A stretch of DNA of 64,000 bases from Leidyana gryllorum EB-2025a. Taxonomy: Eukaryota > Protista > Apicomplexa. The translations under genes were made by a program, and so were the position numbers. Positions 33,892 to 44,936 of the stretch are shown piece after piece. The first letter of the stretch is position 1. Every line of letters starts with the position of its first letter. The notes beneath the pieces are model-generated. The model was not told the origin of the DNA. It worked only from the letters and a program-made list of their open reading frames with translations, and searched no databases. Where the stretch lies: contig JBLWGC010000205.1 of assembly GCA_048772705.1 (NCBI GenBank), forward strand, positions 62,001 through 126,000, given 5' to 3'.

Positions 33892-35787
33892 ATGCTGGTC
33901 TATACAGGCGATCACTTGGGCGCCCTGAAGCTCACTAACACCGAGTCAAAGCTCGTCTGCCCCTTAGATGATACCCAATCGACCATTTCGCACCCAAATG
34001 AGGAGTTGGCAGTCAGTGCTATGGAATGGGGGTAAGCAACAATTTCATGTCCCAATGTCATCCCTTCGGCGGTCATCAGAGACGCGGACCAGTCTTTTGT
34101 CTTTCTCGCCCGCAAATACGGTATCCTCGAAGTCATCGACATCAAAGAGAAGGCCTCTGAGAAGCCCATTGTCTTAGCATTGCCGCCAGATCCCCGATAC
34201 CTCAAGCGGATACCGCAATTGGACGACGCCCTCCTGACCATCAGCAGTCAGGGACGGGCTGTCCTCTTTGACTCTGCCACCGTCCGGCAGCTCGTTCCAG
34301 GACGAGTCTTCTCAGACAAAGAGTCGGCGACCACTGCTATTGACTTTCTGTGCTCAGACGCCGACGCCAATTCTGATTGGCGCATGCGACTCCGCCCTCA
34401 GGAGTACTGGGATGCACAGAAATGGCAGTCTCCCTCTACAAAAGTCGAAGTGAAGTCTGAGAAGACTTCCAGTCGCAAGAAGGCGGCACCTCTCGTCAAA
34501 TGGGCCGTCGATTTGGGCAAACAGGTCACTGCGGCTCACGTCTTTGTCCAAGATGACACCACATTCCTAATGGTCGGAGGCAAAAAACATAACCTCCACA
34601 TCTATCGACTCACTCCCTCTGGACTCACTCTCCATTTCAAAGCCAAACAACGCAACTCGTGCCTCAATCTGCCCGTCCCCATCAATATCAAAGCACTCGG
34701 CCAACTCGGAGACACTGCCAAGTTGTATACAGTCGATCATAAAGGCATTCTGAGAGTATACAGCAAACCCTCAGCACCGCCCGCAGACGACAGTCAGCCA
34801 GAGACCCCTCTCTATGTCCTGGAACTCGAGGCTCAGGTCACCCTCCAAGGCAGGTCTGCCATCCATGTGGTTCAACTTCCGGCCCAAGATGACGGACTCT
34901 GGCGTCCAATCAAGTCACAAGTCAAAGAAGAGAGTGCACAAGACACGTGTGCATCTTCTGCGGACGAAGAGAGCAGTGACAGCGATGCAGCCGACGATGA
35001 AAGCGACAGTGAGGGCGAGGGCGATCTCGAGAGGCGGGGAAGGCTGTCTAAGGGGTCTGACTCGGCATCAGACTCGGACTCGGACTCAGACTCGGAAGAC
35101 GAAGAAGACTCCGAAGCGAATGCTGAATCAGACTCGGAGGCTGACGCAGAGAGTGGCCGCGATGGGGATATGTCCGATGGCTCCGTGAGTGATGGATCCA
35201 ATAGAAAGCGGAAGCGTTGTACGGATAACGATGAGGTTCACCGGCTGGTTGTTGGAGACAACAAAGGTGGACTCAATCTGATCGAAGTTCGCTACAAAGC
35301 TCTTTCTGAAGAGATATTGGCGAAGAGACGCAAACGAGAAGAGTTGGCCCCGTTGAGGGAGTTGTATGTGTCGACCATTCGTAAAGAAGGGGCTCAATCG
35401 CACCCCAAGTACCGAATCGGTGGTATCATCTCCGTAAACGACGAGCGGTTACGAGACATTCTCGAAATCAAAGTTGTCTGTGGGTTCCGAGGAATTATCG
35501 GTTGTGTCGAAGGTAAGCGTATTGGTGGGGTGTTGATGACATGTCAATGCGGCTGCAGCATCGTACCTGAGCCTGGATGGCGGGTATGCAGTATTTGGCG
35601 GGTTGGGACGTAGACTGTTCATTTACGAGAAACAGGGGTACCGAAAATGGTCACTCAAGCACAGGGTAAGTGTATCTGCACACACGTGTTCGCGCGGAGA
35701 CATGGTTTTACACACACACAGGTGAATCTGAAGGGTAAAATAACGGCTCTTCTGTTGCCATCGCGACTCGGATGCGTGAAGACCTGA
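33892..35787 (+). CDS. WDR74/Nsa1-like 60S ribosome biogenesis WD40 protein with acidic insertion
   Basis: MLVYTGDHLGALK start, VGGKKHNLHIY...FKAKQRNSCLNLPVPI, LVVGDNKGGL and GFRGIIGCV match Nsa1/WDR74 motifs. Confidence 0.7.
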
Positions 35788-35847
35788 AGCAATTATGGGC
35801 GCATGTGCGTGCACTTGTGACCGAGTGTTGGCAACGAATAGGAAAAG

Positions 35848-36341
35848 ATGGATCCCGAGCAGTCTTCCATCAATGGGACGGGTTCCACTGCGTCGTATAT
35901 GGCGTTTGATTTGGAATACGGCAATCCTTCGGTGCCGAATGGGGGTGTCGAGCCAGAGTTTTGTGAAGAGCCGTTTCACTCAGCTTATCCTCACGACCAC
36001 GTGTTATATACCGACGATGCCCCGCCTCCGCAATGTATTCTAAGTAAGTTGCTCTGTCCACAAACTTGATGTGGTCCCTCGAAACCGCTTCCCACTTCTC
36101 ATCGCCAGATGATGAAGAGGATCAGTTGCGGCGGGTTGGTACCATAGGGGGTCATGCGAAGAAGCGAACATGTAGGCAGTGTGGTCACAAGGAGCCCCTG
36201 CTGACAACGCTTCAGAGCATCAATCTCAAGCTCGCCTATCTGTCAATCCTCTGTTTTGCAGTGAATCCGGTGTGCTGGTGCATAACCATCTTGTTGATCT
36301 TGATGGTCATTATAGGAGGTCATGGGAGCTCTTCACCATGA
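35848..36341 (+). CDS. Small membrane protein with CxxC followed by a hydrophobic Cys-rich segment (LITAF-like)
   Basis: An intron at 36043-36108 joins two ORFs in frame. TCRQCGH is followed by LAYLSILCFAVNPVCWCITILLILMVII. The second LITAF CxxC was not seen. Confidence 0.4.
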
Positions 36342-36423
36342 GAGGAGCGGGGAGGAAGGACCAGACAGTGGGCTGTACGCAATAAGATATGATTGAAGAG
36401 GGACGGAGGTTCCAGTCCTTCTT

Positions 36424-37968
36424 TTATTTGCCACTGAGAAACCGTTGTTTTTCTTCATCGGGTGCTGTCTCGCTTATATGAGCCGCAACATTCACAGCAA
36501 CTTGATCATTATGTGAGGCTTCTATCAGCTCTCTGACTTCCCTATCCAAGTCTTCTGGGTCATTCAGGAAGGCTGCCATTGCAGCAGCTGCATTTGACTT
36601 CCTTCGTGCCTGTGGTTTGGGGGCATCCAGCCCAGTGGCCGGTGCCACAGCCTCTTCCACGCGTTCAACTTCCTCCATGGCCGCATTTGTGGTCTCCTGT
36701 AACTGCTGGTTCCCCCCGCCGGGGGTTTGGTGGGCGTCCCGAACCATTTGAATGAACTGATAGAACCCGGTGACCCAAAGATCGCGATCGCGATCGACTC
36801 GACTCAGCACCATATGTAAGACGGTGGCGCTCTGTCCCTTTTTCTTCTTCTCATACCGGACCACAAATTGGTCTCGAGGGTCTCCGTCCTGCACCATGAC
36901 GGCTCTGATACTGAGAATGGGGATAATGATTTTGGGTGCCTCGCCCTCGGTCAAGGCCTCTTTGCTGCTTCCTCCACACCACACCCAGGCGCCCTGTTTG
37001 GTGGTGGTCGCTCTAAAGTACGCAAACTCCCATCCTACAAGGAGACAACGACACGTAATCATCTCGTCACTCTCTAATGGAGGCGGCTCACTCTGACTGA
37101 TCTCTTCCCGCATCATTCGGAGAGGGCCCTCGATGACTCGGCGGAAAAAGTTGAGACGCTCGGTATCGTTCATAGTGAGAATGGTCTGCGGGCAAAGGGG
37201 CGGAAGATGTGTCCGGTGTCCGGTGTCCAATGTCAACTTACACTGGGGTCGACTTCCTGTCCGTTGAGTTGAGACTGAATTAGTGCCTGTTGCACCAACT
37301 GCGCTTTGCTGGCAAGCGAGGTCCCCAGGAGTGCGGGGGGCAACGGGGCGACTTTGTAAAAGTGGACGCGCAGCTTTGAGGTGTTCTGATTATTCTTCTG
37401 CAGTGTGAGGCTGCAACGTGATGCACCAATTATCGCAAATGGGCATTAAGAGTGACTCACGTGCGTTTCACCGGCCGGTCACCGAGATCGAGTACCACAT
37501 CGACGTCCAACGATCCGATGAGTTCGGAACTCAGAGGTGTCTATTTGGTTCCGTTCGTTACTGATTGGTTCTGTGCCAATTTTCACTCACTTTGGCATAG
37601 AGTTCAATGGTTATGTGGTTGTCTTTCTGTCGGATGTGGAGGGGGAGGCGTTGGTACCAGCCAACTTCCCCAGTGTTTCGGTCCGAAGTTTCGACTTCAG
37701 TTTGGTCTTCGAAGCGTCCGGCTTTGGCGAAGACATATAGAGATTGGCCTTTGGGACAGTTGGCAGCGTTCTGAACATCGACTATGAGATCAAAGGGGTC
37801 GTGTGTGTGACAACCAAATAGTCTAAACCAGTAGCCTATGATTCTGAACTCTGTGGGATGCGGTATCTTCTTTCGAAGAGCGTAAAGGAGGCCCGCCAAA
37901 GTGGCCAGAAGGCCTATGGCGCCAGCCGCTTGTGCTGGGGCCGCCAACAGATCAAGCGGTAGAAACAT
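36424..37968 (-). CDS. RASP/CERLI-like C2 + PH domain protein (rhoptry surface family), multi-exon
   Basis: N-terminal hydrophobic helix, IPHPTEFRIIGYWFRLFGCH motif, C2-like strands, and PH-like C-terminus IPILSIRAV...QFVVRY...RVDRDRDLWVTGFYQFI. Confidence 0.7.
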
Positions 37969-38069
37969 GGCGCGTGTGCATGCCCTTTAGGCTCGTGTGT
38001 TAGGGAGCACACGCGCCACAAAGTCCGTTATCGTTTCTCACGGGACTGAAAGATTTGCCTCCGAGGCGT

Positions 38070-40994
38070 TCAGGCACGACCCCCTCGTCGGGCATATAAC
38101 TGTAAAAGCCGTCGTCGAGTGGCTGTCATTCCGTCAAAGTGCTGCTCATTAAGCTTCCCATGGGTGAGTATCCGTCTGAAGCGAATTTGCGGGAGACACA
38201 ATCTGAGTTTCGACCTACGATACGTTCTCAATGGCCAATTCGATCTCGCGAAATGCCAAATTGTCGTAGATTGATTGTTCGGCCTGTGACAAAATCGACT
38301 TTTCGACACCGGATCTTCTTACCGACAAACAAAAGGCGACTTGACTATTCCTCGCCGCTCGTTCTCGTTGACCTAATTGTGTCCAGAACCAATGATGGAA
38401 TGTCTCTGTCTCGAGAAACGCTTTGTAAAGCGTTTTCAAGCTGTGATGGCCCAATACATTGGTGGTCAAACACTGCTTGCTGCTCACCGATTCGCTGAGA
38501 GCAGCTTGAATATACCTTCAGGTTCCAGAGACTCGACAAATTCGGGCCCAGAGAGCAGCGGGGGAGGGATTATGGGTTGGAACGGATTCTCAATGAGTGG
38601 TCGCAAGTTGTACTGTGGGAAGGAACGGACTATGATTGGCCGTGGCCGGTTGGGAGGGCTCTCACCTCGAGATAGGGATCGAAGGGTTTGAGAAACTCCT
38701 GAGTGAGTTCGAATAGAGAGAGACGCAATGAGGTTTCTTTCTCCTGGCCGGTGGACTTTGGATTTTGCGCTGAACTCAAAAACAGCGCCAAGTCGTTGCC
38801 TTTGAACGAGGGTTTCCGTCCAAACAGCAGATAGCTGATCTGAGTTCGGCCGTTTCCTGAGCCGTCGGCCTCCTCTACGGGATGTGGTGGGAGGCCCCCC
38901 ACAACGGACTCTCGCGACGTTGTGGGCGGTGTGAGACCCAAACGCCCGGTACTAAAGACGACATCACTGGTCACCGATGTTACGCCCGTTTTGGCAATCA
39001 GTGAATTCATCCATTGTGCCATTTGTTGCGTAGGCCCGGCGCCACTGATGGGCCGCGCGACTGTACTTCGGGCCCTAAAGAGTCCGCCGGTCGGAATTCG
39101 GGCGGGATTTGCGGCTGCAGACGACTCCAGAGCCGCGCTCAAAGGCGACGCTGCCGAGTTGACTTGATACTGGTGAGCGTTCAATGCTCTTTCGACAACA
39201 TATACAGAATTCCGAGGGACATCAAGTGCCAAAACCGTCCGACAGGTCACCGACTGACTACGCCTTTATTGTCAGCCCGCGATATATCCGCACACTCACC
39301 AACAGATTCAACACCATTGGGTTTGTTGTGCCCAAAAGCACTCCGGGACGTTTACTCCGCGACCGTAACGGCATCTCGGGCCCACTGCCATACTTTGCCG
39401 TAAACTTGGACGCCGTCGCAAAAGTGCTCAGATCGGGTTCAGCCGCGTCCAACAGTGGTCTACGGCGGCCGCGAAGGCGGCGGAGGCGACGTTTAGGGGT
39501 GTTGAACGAATTTTTACTCACCGACAATCCCCTCTGAAGGTCAACGGGGCGATGAGTGATCGCAGAGCCAACACCACTTTTGAGGCTCGCCGAGCCTCCG
39601 TTGCAAAGACTAATATAGGCTCCGAGCAGATCAGTGCTTCCCAGAGCACCAGAATGCACGGCAGCAAGTCTTCGAACGCTTGGCTCAACGAGACTTCGGG
39701 TGAACACCCAAAGAACCGGGGATCTCTCAACAGCGTCGTCAAGTGATCGTTTGGGATTTGGTAATTGACAGACGCCGTTACGGCCGAATGCTCCGCCAAT
39801 CTCTTCAGTCCCTCCAATATAGAATCCCGGGGATCGGGTTTCGAGCTTTCGCCACTTTCGGGCGCTGTTGTCGTGGCGACGTCTTGAACTGTGTTTTTGG
39901 CTTCCGACACCGGCGGCTCATTGGTCACTTCTGCAACTGTGGGTATCTTTGTGTCGCCGTCCATATCTCCCGTGTCGCTCTCTTCAGCCGAGTAGAAGGC
40001 CTCGTCGGCATCGACATCGGCGTTGACGTCTCGGTTGACGTCTCCGTCTCTGTCTCTGTCTCCCTCGCCGTCTCCGTCTCCCTCGCCTTCTTCTTCGGGG
40101 TCATCCAATCTGTCGACTGCAGGAGGGCGGCTGGACGGTGAGGAGGGCCCCCGGATGATGTCGCACTGGCGTTTCAGTATAACGGCTCACCGGTCGTCAT
40201 CTCGCGTGCTGGAGCTGCCGCCAGCGAGGGGATTGGCTGCAGTGGCAGTGGTGAGAACGGGTGAACTGGCAAACTTGGGCAGGAGGTGGAGGGGTACCGA
40301 GTCGGGTTCGGCACTGTTTTTTCTGCCGCGTGAGGCCTTCTCGCTGGCAGTGTCTCCTGACATTGGTTCCTCGGCGGCGGGAGCGATGGCGGAGAAGCTG
40401 AGGCCGAGAGCCGGTCCCTTGAGGGTGAGGGCGGCTGGGGCAGTGAGGGGATGTTTGGGCCAGGAGAGCGATATGGCCAGGAGGACTTGAGCGAAGAGTC
40501 TGACAGCTTCGTTGGGGGAGGATTTGGACAAGGCGAGATTGAGTTGGCGAGCCAAATCGGTGAAGAAGGCAAAGTGGCACGAAGGAGACACAATGACGAC
40601 AGAGTGTTGTCTCCAATCGCGCACTTTGGAGCCATTGGCTGTAATGGCGAAATGGACGAATCCATAGAACGGTAGACCTAATGGAGAGGGTTGGGGGCAA
40701 AGTGGGCAAAGTGGGGAAAGTGGGCGAGTTACCATCTATATGTAATTGAAAGGCAAAGGTGGTTTCTTTGGGTGTTGCCCTCAATACGTGTCTGTCACCG
40801 GCCGGCAGCGACAATTTGGTCACTTTCTGGGCCTGGTCGGGTGTGAGAGCGTTCAATGGATACGTTGCCGCGAGACTATGGCCCTCGTCCGACAGGAACT
40901 CGACTAAGCACAACGCTTTGATCCATACTGGCAAAGCCGTGTACTTCTGTAGGTAACTAATGACCTCAGGATCGAACAACGAGACCTCGCCCAT
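38070..40994 (-). CDS. DENN domain protein, DENND6/FAM116-like (Rab GEF), multi-exon
   Basis: WIKALCLVEFLSDEGHSLAATYP (uDENN), LWEALICSEPILV...LIAPLTFRGDCRP, LLGTTNP and LTQEFLKPF. Confidence 0.8.
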
Positions 40995-41011
40995 CGGGCG
41001 GCCCAATTTTT

Positions 41012-43228
41012 TCACCCCCAAGTGTCCATCACTAGCTCCCCTCTAAGCCGCTTGCTCTCCAGGATGTGTCGGCCTCGCTCAACACCACCGCGACCACCCA
41101 GACATAACGACAAAGAGTCCATCAGCTGCATTGGCATCGGGAAACTGCGCCCCGCTACGAAAATCAGCGCGTGTTCATCCCCTTCCAACAGAGCCCCGAT
41201 TTCTGGACTGCGCTCCTCCAGCAGATCCTGAATGTACGTCTTCCGGGCCCTCTCGTCCAATCTCGAAAACGCAAAATGAAACTGCGTCGCGTCATTAGCC
41301 ATCAGAGCCCATTCGCGACGAAACAGAAAGTCCTTCTCGGGGTGCCGGAACCCAAAGAACACGTGCTGCCGCAATGCCAATCCCTCAGCACACGCCCGAT
41401 TTTCAAACAACGCTTGACGCAAATATGTCTCCTGTAATAAAGCCCGAATAGGCGCGACTCCCGTACCCGTCGCGAAGAACAAACGCGTTGCTGTGTGCTC
41501 CAAATTCATATCTACCGGTGCTGACTCCAATCTGAACACAAACGACTCCCCCGCCTGACCGAAAAGAGACAACAAGTTACCACCAAAGGAAGCAGAACAC
41601 TTCGACGAACTCACCTTCAGACTCGCCAAATAGGTCGAACAGGTCCCGAGCTTCTTGCGCTGCAAATACGTCGTCTCCTCCTTGATGTTCACACACAGCT
41701 CAACAGTGCTACACGGTGCCGAGGTCGCCGCCAGACGCCGCGCCATATTGGCCAGCTGCGCAGAGTCACCCGACATCCACCGCAAACGCAAACTCAGCTC
41801 GCAAAACGTACGCCACCGAGGACTGCACGCCACAGAGTATCTGCGCGGGACCACAAAAGGTGTCGCAGCCAACAGGAAACGCAGCACAGCCCATTTGCGG
41901 GGCCTCAAACTCTCAGCAAAGTCAACAACGACCTCCGCAATATTACGTCTCTCACTCAGAATGTACCTAACGTACTCTTGCAGAGCGTCCTGAAAAACAG
42001 ATATGTGTGTCACCCGTCTCCACCTACCGGAGTTGAGCCCGCCAACTCGCCCAATTTGTCGCGATGGAGATCCGTTGTGCAGTTACGGGAAAGTTGAGAT
42101 AAGAACGCGCGGGACGGCATACTCCCGGGGTCGAGCACACGCGTAAATATCTCCCGCAGACTTCGTCGCTCTAACATTGAGTCCCGCTTGGTGTCGTGAC
42201 TATTGAGCTCAATGGGAGAAACGATACCGTCCGGGTCGAGATCCAGCGCTTTCAGCATCTCCAGCCCCACCCCAGACATATCTATCGGCCACACACAGAC
42301 CAGATCGCTGGAACTGTACACCGAAGGGAGAGACGCCTGGAGACGTATGATGGTGGATGGATGCCACAACTTTGATAAAGAACCGCTTACAGTAATTAGA
42401 CGCACGTCCTGGAAATGGTCATCGCTCGTCATCCGATCATTCAAAGTAATCATTGCCTCCTGGGCGCCCAGGACATAGTGCAGAGGTTCGGGGTCGGGTA
42501 ACTTGACATTGGAGGGGGCTAAGGGGCTGTTATTGTTCGTGTCGTCAGTCGGCGTGTTCTCCGCACTGATGCCCTCAAAGGCACGTAGTACGTCCGTCAG
42601 CCACACATCGAGCTCGCCGAGGTGACTGAACTCGTGAGAATCGTCTCCCAGCGCCGGAGCCACAAAGGACGCCGCACCCAACACATTCAGGCGTCTCAAC
42701 AATCGTTTGGCAGCAAAATTGAAATACGGATATTTTCGATCTCCCAAGCCGAACAAACCGTACCTGCCGACAGCAAAGGATAGTTAGGTAGTTAGAGTGT
42801 GAACGAAGCGGAGACAGAGAGGGGCGGGCGGGCGAACGGGCGCGCGTTCTCAGCAATACAGAACGTTTTATATATAGACGGCCGATAGTGTTGAAAGAAA
42901 GGGGACACGCAACATACTCGCGAAGACTAGCAGCCGCACGCGGCTGAAACCGCATCAAGTTTGTCCAAAAGGACTTGGCAGTCAGAGGTATCTGTCCCTG
43001 ACCGGCGGTGCTGACTATAAAGATCACTCGGGTGGTGTCTTGGTCAGAAGTCTTGAGCAATACCTCCTCCGGGGTAACATCGGCCAAATCCCGCAGCTCA
43101 AAGCTCAAATTGTGCTTATAAAGCGCCTGACACACATCCTCAGCGAGCCGTCGGGCATGAGAAGCCTCCGTCCCATACAGCACTATCACATCAACTCCCG
43201 TAACTTTGTGTGAGCACCCACTCCACAT
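41012..43228 (-). CDS. NDOR1: NADPH-dependent diflavin oxidoreductase 1 (Tah18/NDOR1), multi-exon
   Basis: Flavodoxin motifs VLYGTEAS, STAGQGQIP and FGLGDRKYPYFNFAAK. FAD/NADPH motifs PRRYSVA, GTCSTYL, ATGTGVAPIR and FFGFR. C-terminal DTWG. Confidence 0.88.
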
Positions 43229-43240
43229 ACTTCTCAACCT

Positions 43241-43971
43241 TCATTTTTTGGAGCTTCGTTTCTTTTGGTGCCTGTTGAAGATCGCCCACTATCATTCGAA
43301 GAACCTAATTCAGACAACTCACTTCCTGCCAGTCTTCTTCAACTTGGCATCAACCATCTTTTCAATCGCCCTTTCAGATGGGATAAAAGCCTTCTTCCCC
43401 GTTTTCGCGATCATCTCCGCTTCCCTCTTATTCAACTCGGCTCTCAGCTCACGAGTAACTGTCGCTCGCTTCTGCCGGTCCTTCTCGGATGCCATACGCT
43501 GCAACCTTTTCTCTGCTGCTCGCCTGTCCTCCTCATCTAACAATCGCTTTTTCTTCACTGCCCTTTTTAGAACCTGCTCTTCCTTTTCCCTCAACTCGTT
43601 CAAGAAGCCATATCGCTCAGCCACTTGACGGGCATTCCCTATCGGTCCAGTCGTTGCCACCAGCCCCCCAAATAAAGAACTCACCTTCCGTCTGAGTCTC
43701 AGCATCAAATCGAGGATCCCGTGGCTCGTATTTCGTGGCATAATTTGGCTTTGGCGGACGCACTGGTGCAGCCGAACTGAACCCCTTCGCCGTCTTCCCC
43801 TTCCCAGTAGCACTGGACCTATTGATCGTTACCTATTCACCACCCCAAACCAACTCACTTTTTCAGCTTTTGTAACTCCTTCAATACATAGTCATCCTCA
43901 TCTTGATCAGCCAAGCCCTTCTTGGCTTTATCAAGCCTTGACAGGGCTTCAATGGTGAGTTTGGAAGCCAT
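43241..43971 (-). CDS. RRP36: rRNA biogenesis protein RRP36-like, multi-exon
   Basis: RDPRFD motif, YGFLNELREKE, EAEMIAKTGKKAFIP and a basic C-terminus. Confidence 0.7.
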
Positions 43972-44009
43972 TCAAGATTAGTGAGGGCTGACCAAAAAAA
44001 TTGTTATGC

Positions 44010-44911
44010 ATGGATAGCCTTCCACAAGATGTCATTATTACCATCCTGATGTTCCTGCCAATAGGAACAATCAGGCGAAGCCTCGTAGGCGTTAGTAAAA
44101 CGATGCAGAAGATTGCGGACGCAAATGTCGTGTGGTAAGATCACCGCCCCATGGGAGAGCACACGTGTGTGCGACTATTCGCCAGGCATCAACTGTACTT
44201 CCGTGATTTCATCGGTGCCCGTCAGCAAATTCGAAAGGCCCCTATCCGTAAACGAAGAAGAACAGAGAGTCGTAGTGACTCTGGTGGACTGAAGAAATCA
44301 CGCATGTGTCCCTTGGGTGCTGTCGCATCGCACCCAGTGGATGGGACGTGTTGGAAATCGTTGTATATGTCACGGCACCACAAGATTAAGGAGAGTAAAG
44401 TCTTCGCTGAAGAGTCGAGCGATGTGCAAAGCGCTATAATGGACTTGGAATTGGCTCAGTCGATGATCATTGAACAGGCGTCTAACCCCGTGTCTGAGAC
44501 TGACGGTAAAGGGGGCAATGGGGATGCTGTGGCAGCGCTGCCGCCGGCGACCCCAGTGCCAGTGCACCAGTGTGGGGAAGCTTGTTGCGAAGCGGTACCG
44601 AACAAAGACTTTCCTGGCGTGTTTGTGTGTCCGATAACGGGTCAGTTGATTGACGCGGCCCGCATCAGTCGGTACCGGGGATTGATGCAGTCTTGGGACG
44701 ACAGGTGGGCTAAAGGGAGGGCGGGAGTGGGAGTAGGTATGATTTTTCCAGAGATAGTTACAATCCGTTCGAGGCGGAGGACGTGGCGGAGGAGGCAGTG
44801 GACGATTGGTCTAAAGGTTTCTTTGGGCGCTGTTTCGCTGACGGGTACAACTGTCTGAGTGATCGGGAATTCGAGTGTCGGTTTGGCACAACAGTGAAGG
44901 GACGTCGGTGA
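44010..44911 (+). CDS. F-box protein, SKIP31-like
   Basis: N-terminal F-box SLPQDVIITILMFLP...VSKTMQKIADANVVW|HQLYFRDF (first exon absent from the ORF track). VHQCGEACCE...VCPITG and C-terminal FGRCFADGYNCLSDREFE. Confidence 0.7.
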
Positions 44912-44936
44912 TCCATGTTACCATAACTTTTCGTGC

